Assembly: GCA_004431415.1 (NCBI GenBank) | Contig: QPMI01000189.1 | Location: forward strand, 62,001-126,000 | Source: Cyanophora paradoxa CCMP329 | Lineage: Eukaryota; Plantae; Glaucophyta | DNA length: 64,000 nucleotides | Reading direction: 5' to 3' | Notes under the pieces: model-generated | Seen by the model: the letters and a program-made list of their open reading frames with translations, nothing else | The model's database searches: none | Told to the model about the DNA's origin: nothing | Program-made: the position numbers and the translations under genes | In this document: piece after piece, positions 1 to 12,243 of the stretch | How the letters are laid out: each line of letters opens with the position of its first letter | Position numbering within the stretch: position 1 is the first letter of the stretch

Positions 1-1395
1 CAGATCCGGGAGCTCTCGGCCGCGGGGCGGGGCCGGCGGGAGGCCGACGAGGAGTCGTCGCTCGCCTCCTGGAGCGCTGCCTCAGAGGCCGCCCCCCGCC
101 TCCCCTCGCAGCGCCGCCGGGCACCGCCGGCGGCAGCCCCGGGGGCGCGGCAGGGCCGCGCGGGGCCGCTCCTCACCTCCTCGGAGATCGAGCTGGCGAA
201 CTGCCAGGCCGAGGTGCTCCCCCCGGCGCTCGGCCGGCCGCTCGCCTGCGCGGGGCCGACGCGTGGCGGGGCAGATGGCGGAGGTGGCGGGGGCGGCGGG
301 GGCGATGCGGGGCCAGGTGGCGGCCTGCGCGGCCGAGCTGCGCGCCCTCCAGCCGAGCTTGCCGCCCTCAAGGCCGCCCCCCGGCCCGCCCCGGCCCCGC
401 CCCGCCTGGGCGGCCCCCGGGCCTCGAGCACCTCGCCCAGTACCCCCTCGCGCATCGCGCCTCCTTCGACTCTGCTTACGGCACCGCCGCCCCGCTGCCC
501 CGCCCCCGCCCCGGCCGCGCCCCCTCCGCCGCCCCCGCCGCCGCCTCCGCCGCTGCAGCCGCAGCCGCAGCAGCGGGCGCCGGCGCTCGCGTGGCCCGAG
601 GCGGAGGTGCGGTGGTCGGCGCCAGAGCGCCCCTGGCGGCCCGCGGAGGCTGCGCGCGCCCACTACGCGGAGCCGCCCCCGCCGGCCTCCTTCGCAGGTC
701 TCCCAGCCCCCAGCGGGGCGCCCCACGAAGCTCCGTGGGGAGGGGAGGCGTGGCCATCGGCGCGGGGGTCGCGCAGCGGGCGGGAGGAGGCTGGAGGCGG
801 GTCGGAGGGCGGCTCGTGGGTGTCCGGCGCGGCGCGGCTGCCGGAGGCGGAGCGGCGCCGGCTGGACGGGGCGATCGAGTCCCTCTACGCTTCCCTGCGC
901 GCCAAGCTCCACCGCGCCGACCGCCGCGCCCGCTCCGCCGAGCGCCGCGCCTCCGAGGCCGCCACGCAGACCGCCCCCGCCGTCTCCATCGCCGTCCAGA
1001 CCAGCAGCGCCGCCGCCCGCGCCGCCACCCCGGCCCGCAGCTCCAGCCGGCCCCGCAGCACTGGCCGCACCAGTGCCGGCCCCGCCCCGGCCCCAGCGGC
1101 GTCCGTGCCGGCTTGGCGGCCGGCCGCCAAGGCCACCTGCTCGCGGCACCGCCACCACCACGAGCCGAAGGCGGCGGAGGCGGCCCGCAAGCCGGCGCCC
1201 CGCCCCTCGTCCTCGAGTGCGCCCGAGCGCGAGCGGCAGTGGACGGTGATGGGGGACCCCGTGAGGGCGGCCCCGCCGCCCACCCCCGAGATGGTGGCGG
1301 CAGCCGCGATGGCCGCCTACCAGCGTGACGCCCGCCGCGAGGGGACCTCCGGTGCCGGCCGCCCGTACACCGTCGTCGTCCGAGAGCACCGGTAG
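1..1395 (+). CDS. 3' part of a multi-exon gene of unknown function (coiled-coil plus Pro/Ser-rich low complexity); 5' end lies outside the window
   Basis: Protein-like blocks (QMAEVAGAAGAMRGQVAACAAELRALQ; ERRRLDGAIESLYASLRAKLHRADRRARSAERRASEAATQT) end in TAG at 1393-1395, followed by an AT-richer 3' region. No family motif recognised. Confidence 0.55.
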   Translation, partial: QIRELSAAGRGRREADEESSLASWSAASEAAPRLPSQRRRAPPAAAPGARQGRAGPLLTSSEIELANCQAEVLPPALGRPLACAGPTRGGADGGGGGGGGGDAGPGGGLRGRAARPPAELAALKAAPRPAPAPPRLGGPRASSTSPSTPSRIAPPSTLLTAPPPRCPAPAPAAPPPPPPPPPPPLQPQPQQRAPALAWPEAEVRWSAPERPWRPAEAARAHYAEPPPPASFAGLPAPSGAPHEAPWGGEAWPSARGSRSGREEAGGGSEGGSWVSGAARLPEAERRRLDGAIESLYASLRAKLHRADRRARSAERRASEAATQTAPAVSIAVQTSSAAARAATPARSSSRPRSTGRTSAGPAPAPAASVPAWRPAAKATCSRHRHHHEPKAAEAARKPAPRPSSSSAPERERQWTVMGDPVRAAPPPTPEMVAAAAMAAYQRDARREGTSGAGRPYTVVVREHR

Positions 1396-1542
1396 CCATC
1401 GTGCTATTATAGATAGTAGCTGCGCCTTTCACAATTGCATAAACTATGCCTTTGGTGATGGAGGGGGGCTCAAGCCTCAGGGGCGCGGAGGAGGCCGAGG
1501 GGTAGCGAACGCTCGACCTTCGAATTTGATCGATCGGCGCAC

Positions 1543-3433
1543 ATGTCGTCGACGTCGACGTCAGCCGCCGCCGCGCCGCCTGCGACCGTGCGGGTGCGTC
1601 GAATTCGATCGCAATGTCTGAACCACGCGCAAGGGGCGCCTGATCATCGAGGCAGGTGCCGATCTCGGTCGTTTGCCAAGGGACACACGCGGGCGAGTGC
1701 ATTTGGGCGCTCACTCGCACCGGAGGCTGGAAGCTGACCACCGCCGTGAGGCTTGAAACGTCTCCCGAACTGTTGAGCATGCGGCTCTTCGCGCTCTTTC
1801 GAACTTCGGAATTGCAAACCTGCGCATATGCACGCCCGTTTGCTATCTCATCCGCTCTCTCACATCGCGGCTCGCGCTGCGGAAGGTGGCCTCTTTGGTA
1901 CGGGGAGCTACAGGTCGACGGCAGCCACGGCGACGCCTCCTCAGGCAAGGCCAAGGGCGCCCTCTTTGAATACAAGCTTTGCATCGCGCGGGAGAGCTCG
2001 ATGAACTCTCCCAACGAGTGGCGCTGGGAGAGGTAACTCCTGGCTGGCGAGGCGCCGGCATTGCCGGCTTTCCTGATCCGGAGCGCAGGATCGAGGGCAA
2101 CCGCACCATGCCGCTCGACAATCTCGACGCCGGACAGGTCCTGGTTCAGTTCGGGTCGCGCGCATCCCGTGCGCCTCTTGGCCTTTCGCGCATGCTCTCC
2201 CTGGGCCTGAACGGGCTGCAGCGCCGGAGATCTGCTCGCACTTCCCCGGCCCCGTGCTGAGCAGCATGCGGCTGGCGCTCTCCGCCTCGCAGCGGACGGC
2301 GGCGGGACTTGCGAAGGACCTCGAGGCGCTGCGGGTCGAAGTCCGCGCCCTCCGCGCCGCCGCGGAAGCCGCGGGAGCCTCTCCGCAGCAGGAGCAGCCC
2401 GCAGCGCAGCCCGAGGCCGTGGACAAGAGGCGCGCGGATGATGCCGCAGCACCGCGGCGGCGGGAGCCTGCTGCTGCCGAGAGCGCGCCGCCTCCACCGC
2501 CGCCTGCGGCCCCTTCCGTTCCGAACGGCATCGGTGGGGCGCAGCAGTCACGCACGACGCCGCGCTCGCCGCTCCCCCGTGCGCCGCCGCCCCGCGCGCA
2601 CGCGGCGAGCCGGTAGTGCCTGCGCCGACGGAGAAGGCGCGCGGGGTGCAGCGCCCGGGCCGGAGGAGGAGGCGGCGGAGGAGGGGCGCGGGGAGGAGGA
2701 GAGCGCGGGGGAGGCGGCGGTGGCGGGGCTGGCGGAGCGGCTGTGGCGGGAGATCGCGCGCGGCTCGCGGCCCTCCTCCCGCTCCTCCTCCCTCGACTCC
2801 TCCTCCGAGTCCCTCGCCCCGCCCGCGCGAGCTACCTCGCCGCCGGCCCGCCCCGCCCGCCCCACCCTGCCCCCGCGCCGCGGCTGACGGGGGCGGCAGC
2901 GAGCGTGGCCCCGCGGGGCGGGGCGGCGGAGGCGGCGATGACGGGCGAGGCGGCCCGCGCGGAGCGCTTCTCCTTCCGCATCGACGTGCGCCGCGGCGAG
3001 GGGCCGGCGGGGCAGGCGGCGGGGCGGGGCCGGCGGGGCCGTGGCACGAGGGCGGGAGGTGGCGCTGCAGAAGGGCCGCGCCTTCGAGCGGCTGCTCGCC
3101 TGCTCGAAGCTCGCGCTGGAGGGCGCCGGGCCCTCGCCCCGCCCGCCGGCCCCGGCCCGCCGAGGCCGTCCTCCGCGACCACGAGCAGGTCCCGCCCCTC
3201 CACCGCCCCGCCCCGCCCCGCCCCGCTCCCACCGACGCCCCCGCCAGGTCCGGCGCTGCGCCGCCGCGGTCGAGTCGGCGCTGAGGGCGCGGGGCGAGAC
3301 GTCGGCGTTCCGGCTGCGCGTTTGGCCGTCCGGCGAGGACGAGGAGCGGGCGGCGGAGGTCGCCTGGCGCCTGCAGCTGCGGCAAGGGCCGACCGCCACC
3401 CTCGCTCGTCTTCAACCCCCCGCATCTCCCTGA
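1543..3433 (+). CDS. CBM20 (starch-binding)-like domain plus coiled-coil protein, multi-exon
   Basis: Spliced N-terminus MSSTSTSAAAAPPATVR|VPISVVCQGTHAGECIWALTRTGGWKLTTAVRLETSPEL|WPLWYGELQV...FEYKLCIARESS..WRWER|IEGNRT follows the CBM20 pattern (T..GE, W..AV.L, P.W, FEYK, WE..NR). Coiled coil follows (LAKDLEALRVEVRALRAAAE). Stop at 3431-3433. Confidence 0.6.
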
Positions 3434-3907
3434 GCGCCACCCCGTCCCGCACCTTGGGCAGTTGGTGCGAAAATACTGAGCACCGATCACCACCGCCTTC
3501 GCGCTCTCGTTCTCCGAATGAGGCTCATGTCAAAATGCATCGATCACGATTTCATTGCCAAGTTGAACAGGAAGGGCATACAGCATACGACGGCAGACCT
3601 CAGAGATGCACGCAATGTCTGCATTAATAATCTATCTGGCATCTAGAACTCAGAAATGCAGGACCTCCGCAGGTCCATTTCCTATATAAACGGCTATACA
3701 GCTACTGCATTCAGACACTAGTCACGGACCGTGGTCAAAATAGTCAAAGTAGTTGAGCTAACCACCACTAGGCTAGACGAGCTCAGAAAGAAGAGCAATA
3801 CAAATGTGGAAACCCAATACAAATGCCGAATTCAAACCAGAAAGCTGCGATAAAAAAAAAGGAGCCCTGATCGGCTCCACATGCAAAAATGCCGGCAGCG
3901 AGTGGTA

Positions 3908-4264
3908 CTAGTGCCTCAAAACCTTACGGGGCGCGGTCAACGGGATCCGAGGGCTCGCGCTTCGCGACTCGTCTCGGAAGAGGCGGGCCGCCAGACTCCC
4001 CTTTCTGTGAAGAGGCTCGTCACTGAACAAGGGCTTCCTCTGACCCGAGACGCGCTCCTCGAGCTCGGCGAGGGCGCCCGCGAGCTGCCGCCAGTCCAGC
4101 GACGCGCTGAAGCCGCTGGAGGCGCTAGACGGCGAGGAGGAGCTCGGGGAGAGCATCATGCTCGGAGGTTCGGTCAGGTCGAACAAGGCGAACGGCGACG
4201 CCGAGCCCCTCGGAGATCCCCAGCTGGGTGAGAGGCTCGCGGGGCTGCACGTTGGGCTTGTCAT
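3908..4264 (-). CDS. Small intronless Ser/Pro-rich hypothetical protein
   Basis: ATG at 4264 (MTSPTCSPASLSP...DWRQLAGALAELEERV...) forms a GC-rich island between AT-richer spacers. No homology recognised. Confidence 0.35.
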   Translation of the reverse strand: MTSPTCSPASLSPSWGSPRGSASPFALFDLTEPPSMMLSPSSSSPSSASSGFSASLDWRQLAGALAELEERVSGQRKPLFSDEPLHRKGSLAARLFRDESRSASPRIPLTAPRKVLRH

Positions 4265-4693
4265 CGCGCAGTTCACACCTTGGCCTGCCAGCGGTCAGGC
4301 GGGTCACAACTTCGGACGACCTGGGCGAGACGAACCACGCGGAGTCCGGGAGACTGAAGACTGTGAACGTAAATGTGCTTCTGCAATCAGTAGTAGGTTG
4401 TTAATGTTCCTGCTGCTGCTGTTCGACGAAGCTACGGCGGGGCTAGTACCTTGAAGAGGCCTAGCCTAGGAGTAAGCTGCTGCTGCTAGCGCTGCTCAGC
4501 CTGCCAGCGCTGCGCACTGCGGCATGCCGCAGATGCAGTGGCGGCAGCTGCAGTGCGCGTGCACGTGCAACTCCGAAGTCCGGTACGGTACGCGTGCTGC
4601 TAGCGGTGTACTACGGTACCCCCCCCACGAAACTGGACCGTTTATGATCATGCATATATCTAATTAAAAAAACGATGGACTCAATTGCAAATT

Positions 4694-4857
4694 TAGCGCA
4701 GTGGTATAAGGTCGTGCTACGACCTCCCGGATTCCCGGGTTCGGTTCCTGCTGTTTCCGCTACGTTGTACTTCGAATCCTTGTGATTCCCGATACCGTGA
4801 CTTGTATCCTCGTTGTGTACTACGAGTGGGCACGCCCACCGTAGATCTTTAAAAAAA
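4694..4857 (+). mobile_element. tRNA-derived SINE (or tRNA retropseudogene) with A-tail and 11-bp TSD
   Basis: Pol III A-box TAGCGCAGTGG (4694-4704) and B-box-like GGTTCGGTTCC (4738-4748) at tRNA spacing. Ends in an A run (about 4851-4859). Flanked by the direct repeat AATTGCAAATT at 4683-4693 and 4858-4868. Confidence 0.6.
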
Positions 4858-5607
4858 AATTGCAAATTATGAGCCAAACGTCATTTGAATCCGTACGTCA
4901 GTTCATTCGGCGTCATGTTCAGCTGAGCTTGACCAATCAGGCCCTGGCCGCCATTCGGATCCGGATCGATCCGGATATCGATGCTCCGGTCCTGCGCATG
5001 CACGTGCACGTGCAACGTCGACGTCGATATCGATCGTGCGCATGCATCCACCGTGATCCACGTGCACGTACGTAAAAAGCGTGTACGTAGTACGTACGTG
5101 CGTACGTCGAAGTTAACTTATAATTGGTGACGTGCATGCGCACGTGCGAATTTCCGCGAAATTTCAAAAAGCACGTGCACCTTGCTACCTCACCCGATCG
5201 CATATGCAGTGCCGATGATCATCCTTCATATGCATGATCGCGCATATGATCATGATTATGCATGTACGTACGTCGGACGTCCATGGCCACGTGCCGCACT
5301 GCGGCAGTGCAGTCGCTGCACTGCGGCAGCGCTAGCTGGCCATGCATATGGCCCACTGCTGCATGCCATGATGGGCCCGGCGCCGGGCCGCAGAACCTCA
5401 GCAAGGCCTCGAGCTCCGGGCGCCTCCCCTTGCTATAGGAGCCTCAGCCTGGCAGGGCCTCATGATCAGAGCCCCCCTGACTCTTCTGCTTCAATTGCCA
5501 AGCTGTAAATTTGCTCAGGGGGGCGGGGGTATCGATGCAAATGGGAGCGCGGGGGATGCGGCAGTGCCTAGAAGGTGCGGGCTTGATCATGAGGGAAAGG
5601 GGCTTGA

Positions 5608-8600
5608 CTAGAAAAGGAGGAAGTTTCGGGAGAAGAACTCGTGGGAGCGGACACACTCTAGGAACTGCCGCAGGCTCATCGCCCGTGGCGCCCCCGCCTC
5701 GCGGTCCGGGGGCCCCTCGCCGGCACCGGTGGCCTGCGCGAAGATGGCGGCGCACTGGGCCGGGGAGAGGCGGGGGACGAGCTCCCCGCAGACGAGCTCG
5801 AGGAAGGCCTCGAGGGGCAGGCCGCCGCCGCTGGCCTTGGCGCGCTGCTCGAAGCGGGTGCGCGCCTGGCGCACGAAGAGGGCGTGCTGCTCCGCGAACT
5901 CCTCGACGAGGAGCTCCAGCAGGCGGCCCAGCTCCACGCGGCGCGCCCCGCCCTGCCGCGACCCCCCCGCCACGACCGTCACCGCCACGCTCACGCTGCC
6001 GCCCGTCTCGGGCCGCGAGCCCGGCGCCCGCCGCAGCGCCGTGCCTCCGCCGAGGGCGCCCCCCGAGGGGATCTTCGGGGCGGGGCGCCAGGCGGCGGGG
6101 AGGTTGCCGCTGACGTCCGCGAGGCCGGACATGGCCTGCACGCCCGGCAGCCTGCCGCGGGGTCAGCGCAGCGGGCGCCGGCGGAGGAGACAGGACAGCG
6201 CACGCGGCGGAGGAGGTCGAGGGGCGGGAGGGGCCGGCGGGGGTGCCCCCGCGCAAACCCTCCACCAGGGCCGACCCCGAGCCGCTCGGAGCCGTCCCGG
6301 GCTGGGGGGCGGGAAGGGGCGGGGCGGGGAGCGGGGCGGGCGGGGCCCGGGGAGTGTGCGGGGGCGGGGAGGGAGGGGGGCGAGGCGGCGTCGGCGATGC
6401 GGGCGAGGAGGGCGGCGACGTCCTCCTCCTGGAGGGGCTCGAAGAGGGCCCGCGCCACCTCGCACGCCCGCTCCACCGCCACCGCGCGCGGCACGAGGGG
6501 GTCGGCGAGGGCGCCGGGGGGGGCCTCGGCGGCGGCGTCGGGCCCCTCGGCGAGGAGGGCGCGGGCGTAGAGGTAGAAGGAGAGCTCCTGGGGCCCGTGC
6601 TCCTCCGCGAGGAAGCGCCCGAAGGCGCGCACCTCGGGGGCCCCCGCCGCGTAGAACTCCACCCCCGCGTACTGCCCCCGCCCGCACCTCAGAGGAGGAG
6701 GGGGGGGGGGTGGAGGGGAGGGGGGGGCCACGGGGCGCGCACGATGTCCCAGGCGGCGGCGTCGACGAGGGAGCGGAGGCCGTAGCGGTTGGAGAGCCAG
6801 GCGTAGAGGTACTCGGGGAGGGGCTCCCGGGGCAGCCCCGCCCGCAGCTCCGCCGCGTCCGCCATCAGCTTGTCGTCCAGCACGTACCGGATCGTGCGCA
6901 GCAGCCAGTGCAGCGGCTTCGCCGGGCGCCCGCCCCGCCCCCGCGCCCCGTCCCCCGCCCGGTACTCCAGGTAGCGCGGCCTCTGGCGCCGCCCGGCGGG
7001 GCTCCCGGGGGCGGGCCCCGGGGAGCGGCGGCCGCCGGCGGAGACGAGGAGGGAGCCGGCCTCGGCGGACGTCACGTACGAGCCGCCCTCCGTCTGCGTC
7101 ACCGCGTCCGCCTGCGCCGCCCCGCCGGCCACCCGCTCCCGCAGGTACGACCGCAGCTGCCGGCCCGGTCACGGGGGCGCGAGGGAGGGGCGCGGGCACG
7201 GGTGGGGGCGCACGTAGTTGCGCTGCTCGCGCTCCCAGTCGATGCGCTCCCAGCGCTCCTCCTCGAGCTCGCGCTGCAGCGCCTCCACGGCGCGCTCGCG
7301 GGCCCCAGCTCGCCCTCCGCCCCCGCCGCCCGCCCCTCGGAGGCCGCCAGCGCCGCCTCGAGGCGGGCGCGCTCCTGCTCCCAGGCGCCGCCGGCGAGGC
7401 GGGCGCGCTCGACGGCCTCGGCCTCGCGGGCGCGGGCGGCGCGGTAGAGGGCGAGGGCGGCGGCCGGCTCGTCCCCGCGGAGCGCCTCCCGCAGGCGCCC
7501 CTCCTCCTCGTCCCGCGCCTCGAAGTCCGCCCCCGCTCCCGCCGCCCGCCCGCTCCCGCTCCAGCGCCTCCAGCCGCCCCACCTCCGCCTCCGCCTCCTC
7601 CGCCCGCCGCTCCGCCTCCTCCGCCCGCCGCTCCGCCGCCGCCGCCGCCTCCTCGGCGCGGCGCAGGGCGGCCTCGGCCTCGGCGGCGGCCTCGGCGGCG
7701 GCGGCGGCGGCGGCCTCGGCGCCCTCCTCGGAGGAGGCGGCGGCGAGCTCGTGGGCGCGCCGCAGCGTCGCCTCGCTCTCGGCGAGCGCCGCGGCGCGCC
7801 CCGTCAGCCGCTCCACCTCCGCCCCGAGCTCCGCCACCCGCTCCCGCAGCGCCGCCACCTCCGCCGCCGCCGCGTCCCGCGCCCGCGCCGCCTCGTCCCG
7901 CTCCGCCAGCGCCGCGTCCCGCTCCCGCACCGCCGCCTCCAGCTCCTCCGACGCGGGGCCCGCCGCCGCCGCCCCCGCCGCCTCCCCGCCGCCAGCACGC
8001 CCAGCGAGGCCGGGCGCGAGGCCGGGCGCGAGGCGGGCGGGAGGCGGGGCGGGAGCTGGGGGCGAGGCCTCGTCGGGGGCGTCGGGGGCGCTCCTCGGCG
8101 GGGCCTCCGGGAGGGGCGGGAGGGGCTGGAGGTCACCGCCGGCGCCGCCGTCGGCCTCGGCGACGAGGCGGGCGAGGTCCTCCTCGGCCGCCGAGAGCCG
8201 CCGCGCCCGCGCGAAGGCCCCCCGCTGCGCCTCGACCTCGCCCCGGGCCGCCGCCAGCTGCCCCCGCAGCTCCTCCAGCGCCTCCTCCAGCGCCGCCCGC
8301 TCGACGGCGGCCTCGGCGCGGCACTCGGCGGCGGCCTCGGAGCGCGCCCTCTCGGCGGCCGTCGCGATGGCGTTCTTGGCGCCGTCGGCGTGCTCCCGCA
8401 GCTGCCGCTCCAGCCCGGCCACCTGCTCCGTGAGGCGCGCCACCTCGCCCCGCAGCCGCACGTGCTCCTCCCGGTACGCCTCGTCCACGGCCCGCACGCC
8501 GGCCTCGGCCTCGGCCCGCATCTCGGCGCGCAGGTCGGCGAGCTCCTGCTTGCGCAGCATCTCCTTCGCACGGTCGTCCCCCGTGAGGGCCTCCTCCCGC

Positions 8601-11600
8601 AGCCGCAGCTCCCGCCGCAGCCGCTCCTCCCGCTCCGCTGCCGCCGCCGCCGCCTCCTCCTTGGCCGCGGCGGCCGCCTTGGCGTCCTCCTCGAGGACGC
8701 GGCGCAGCACGGCGGCCCCCTCGAGCTGCTTGCGCGTCTCCAGCAGCGCCGCCTCGGACTCGGCGAGCCGCCGCTCCAGCGTCCCGCACCGCGCCAGCGC
8801 CTCGGCGGCCGCGCCGGCCTCCTCCGCCGCCGCCAGCGCCTCCGAGGCGCGCGCGCGCTCGGCCTCGAGGTCGGCGCGGGCGGCGGCGAGGTCCGCCTCC
8901 CGCTGCGCCGCCTGCTTCTCGAGCGCTTGCCTCGCCGCCACGGCCGCCGCGAGCTGCCGCCGCGCCTCGGCGCCCTTCTCCTCGGCCTCCTTGCGGGCGG
9001 CCTGCTCGGCCTCGAGGCGCTGCGCGGCGCGCTCCTGCTCGCCGGCCGCCTCGGCGAGGAGGCGGGCGTGCTCGGCGCTGCCGGCGGCGGCGGAGGTCTC
9101 GGCCTGGGCGAGGAAGGCGTGGGCGCGGGAGGCGCGCTCCTTGGCCTCCCCGTACGCGTCCTCCAGCCGCCGCCGCGTGTCTTTCAGCTCCCCCTTCAGC
9201 GCCTCGACCTCCTCCTCCCGCATCCGCAGCTGCCGCCCCGCCTCGACCGGCGCCGGCGGCGGGGGGCGGGCGCGGCGGGGCGGGAGGGGCGCACGCTGCT
9301 GAGGGCGGCGATGTGCTCGTTCGAGGCGGCCTGCGCCGTCTCCTCCATCTGCCCCCCCGCGTCGGGGGCGCCGGGGCGGGGCGGGGCGGGCGGGGCGGGG
9401 CGGGGCGGACGCGTTTGATGCGCTCCTCGAGGCGGGCGGCGTCGGCCTCCTTGCGGCGGACCTCCTCGCCGCGGCGGACCTTCTCGTGCCGCTCCTGCGC
9501 CACCTCCTTCTTCGCCTCCGCGAGCTCCCCGTCCAGCACCCCCAGCCGCCGCTCCAGCGAGGCCACCGCCGCCCGCGCCTCCCCCAGCGCCCGCTCCCGC
9601 TCCGCGAGCTCCACCCGCAGCGCCGCCTGCTGCGCCGCCGCCGCCCGCTCCGCGTCCGCGATCGCCTCGTCCCGGATCCGGATCTCCTCCTGCGCCGCGG
9701 CCGGCTCAGCGGGGGCGGGGAGGGCGGGCGGGGGCGGCGGACGGGGAACTTGTAGTCGACGAGGAGCTGGAGCTCGTTGCAGCGGGCCTGGAGCGAGATG
9801 AGGCGCTCCCGCAGGTTCGCCAGCAGCACCTTGAAGCCCGTCGCCTTGAAGCGCTTCGCCGCCTGCCACTCCCGCCGCAGCCGCGCCCGCTCCTCCTCGT
9901 CCAGGTCGTCGGGGTACACGGGCTCCTCCTCCGTCTCCGCGCCGTCGCCCTCGCCGTCGGGCTCGGCGCCGCCCATCATCCTGTCGATGCGCTTGAGGAG
10001 GGCGTCGGTGTCGGAGACGGAGAGCCGCCGCTCCGCCGTCTTCCGCGCCGACGCCATCCGGTCCGCGCCGCCCCCGCCCTCCGCCCCGGGCGGCGCCAGC
10101 GTCCCCAGCGCGAGGCCGAAGGGCCGCGGCGCGGCGCGCGGCGCCAGCAGCGGGGAGCGCGTGGGCGAGGCCGGGGCGTTGCCGGCGCCGGGGGCGGGGC
10201 GCCCGTGAGGTCCGTCTGCGCCTCGGCGTCGCGCCGGGCGCGCTGCCGCTCCACGGGGACGGCAGCACGAAGGCCGGCGGCGTGAAGGACGGCACGGGGC
10301 CGCCGCCCGCCGCCTCGCCGGGGCCCGGGGTGCGGGGCGAGGGGGCGGCGGGGTCGGGGTCGGCGACGAGGGCGCGGGCCTGGGAGAGGAGGCGGGAGAC
10401 GGCCTCGTAGTGGACGATCGTCTGGAGCGCCGTCTCCAGCTCGTCCCGCAGCGCCAAGACCGACCGCTCCAGCTCCTCCACCCGCCGCTGCGCCGCCTTC
10501 TCCCCTCCTCCGCCTCCCGCCGCCCGTCGGCCGCCTCGGCGGTGCGGGCGGCGGAGGCGGCGGCCTCCTCGGCAGCGCGGGCGGCGGCGCGCTCGGCGTC
10601 GGCGGCCTCGGCGCGGGCGAACTGCGCGGCGCGCTGCATCTCCTCGCCCTCGGCCCGCCGCTCGGCGAGCTGCCGCTCGAGCTCGAAGATGCGGCGGTTG
10701 AGGCGGGCGATCTCGGCGGCGAGGGGCGAGTCGGGGCGGTGGCCCTCGAGGCCCCGGCCCCGAGGCCGACGCCCACCTCGCCGGCCGCTGCCGCCAGCAC
10801 CTCCGCCAGCGGGCTCTGCGCCCCGTCCCGCGCCCCCGCGACCGCCGCGACGTCCCCGCGCCCTCCGCCCCGCCCCCGGCCCCCGCCCCCGCCCCGGCCC
10901 GGCCGCGGCGGCGGCGGCGCGGTTGAGGGCAGGCGCATGCCGGGGAGGCCGCGAGCGGAGGAGCCCGGGGCGCGCGGCGTGGCGGCCTCCTCCTCGCGCC
11001 CGGGGGGGCCTCCTCGGGGGCCGGGGCGGGCCAGCGCGGGCCGGCTCGAGGGCGCGGAGGCGGGCGAGGACGGTCTCGAGGAGCTGGCCCCGCTCCGCGC
11101 ACTGCACCGTCACCTGCCGCCCGGGGCGCCTCAGGGGGGCCCGCCAGGCGCGCGGGGGCGGCGGGGACCTGGCGGAGGAGCTCGGCGAGGACGCCGTCGT
11201 AGATGGAGGCCTCCCAGCGGGCCACGGCGCGGGGCGAGATGGCGCCGCCGCGCTGGCGGCCGCGGAGCTCCTCGAGCATGGCGTTCATCGCCTGCACGAG
11301 GGCGCGGACCTCCTTGCGGGAGACGGGGTGCAGCGAGGGGAACTCGTGCGCCAGCCAGCGCCCGTCGCGCAGCTCGATCGCCCGGCCCGCCCCCTCGGGG
11401 TCCACCGCCACCACCAGCGGCGCCCGCCGGTGGAACTGCTCCGGGATCGCCCCCGCGCCGCCCCCGCCCCCGCCCCGCCCCGCCCTCGCCGGCCAGCACC
11501 CCCGGCGCCGGCCTCACCCCCGCCATCCCCTTCGTCCCGCGGCGCGCGGGGCCCTGGCCGGCCTGCGGGCCGGGGCCGGCGGCTCCGCGGGGGCCGGCTC

Positions 11601-12243
11601 GAGCTGCAGCAGCGCCGCCTGCTGCTCGTCCAGCCTGCCCGGCCGGCGCGTCGGGGAGGGAGGGGCGGCGGGCGACGCGGAAGGGGCCTCTCGCACATAG
11701 CGGCGGCCTTGGTCGGGGGCAGGACGTTGCGCGGGTGGGCCCAGGCGACGGGGGCGAGCTGCTGGGTGCTCTTGCGCAGGATGGGGAGGCTCTGCCAGGA
11801 GGAGGAGAGGAGCTGCTCGACGCCGGGGCCCCAGTGCTGCACGATCGCCGCCGGCACGTGCGTCCCCGGCGTCCTCGCGCCCCGCGGGCCGGCCGCCCCC
11901 TCCACCTGCCCCTCCACCTCCTGCCGCCCCGCTCGCCCCCGCCCCCCGCCCCGCGCCCCCGGCCCCCCGCGCACCTCCATCTCGGGGATGGGCTGCCCCG
12001 TCAGGTCCCCCGGCCCCGCCGTCGTCGGCGGGCTCCGGTTAGCCCGCACCGGCGGCAGCCGCACGCCCCCGTCCCCTGCGCCTCCGCCCCGCCGTCAGCG
12101 GCGCCAAGTCCGCGCGTGAGAGGCGCGGCGGCGCGCTCTCACCGGCTCTGCGCGTCAAGAAACGCGCGCAGGCGACCGGGTTCCGTCAGCAGGAGGCGGG
12201 CGGGCGTGGGCTGGGAGCGGCGCGGCGCACTCTGCGCGGCCAT
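5608..12243 (-). CDS. Large flagellar-type coiled-coil protein with an N-terminal axonemal dynein light chain (p28/AXDND1-like) domain, long coiled coil, TSNAXIP1-like region and EF-hand-like C-terminus; multi-exon
   Basis: PVSRKEVRALVQAMNAMLEEL...IYDGVLAELLRQ|VTVQCAERGQLLETV matches the Ax_dynein_light signature (ELIRQVTxxCxERGxLL). Also LHWLLRTIRYVLDDK..EYLYAWLSNRYGL..EVRAFGRFL and LEAFLELV..AQCAAIF..MSLRQFLECV. Probable start MAAQSAPRR at 12243, followed by a GTGAG donor. Confidence 0.7.

Noticed and set aside
4687-4760. Functional tRNA gene
   Set aside because: The D stem and acceptor stem do not pair and there is no 7-nt anticodon loop. The A-tail and TSD point to a SINE.
7169-11113. 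Apparent frameshifts in several genes (about 10500, 24000-25500, 60890) as pseudogenisation or programmed frameshifting
   Set aside because: They fall in G/C homopolymers or at short introns. Long-read indel errors or unrecognised introns are more parsimonious.
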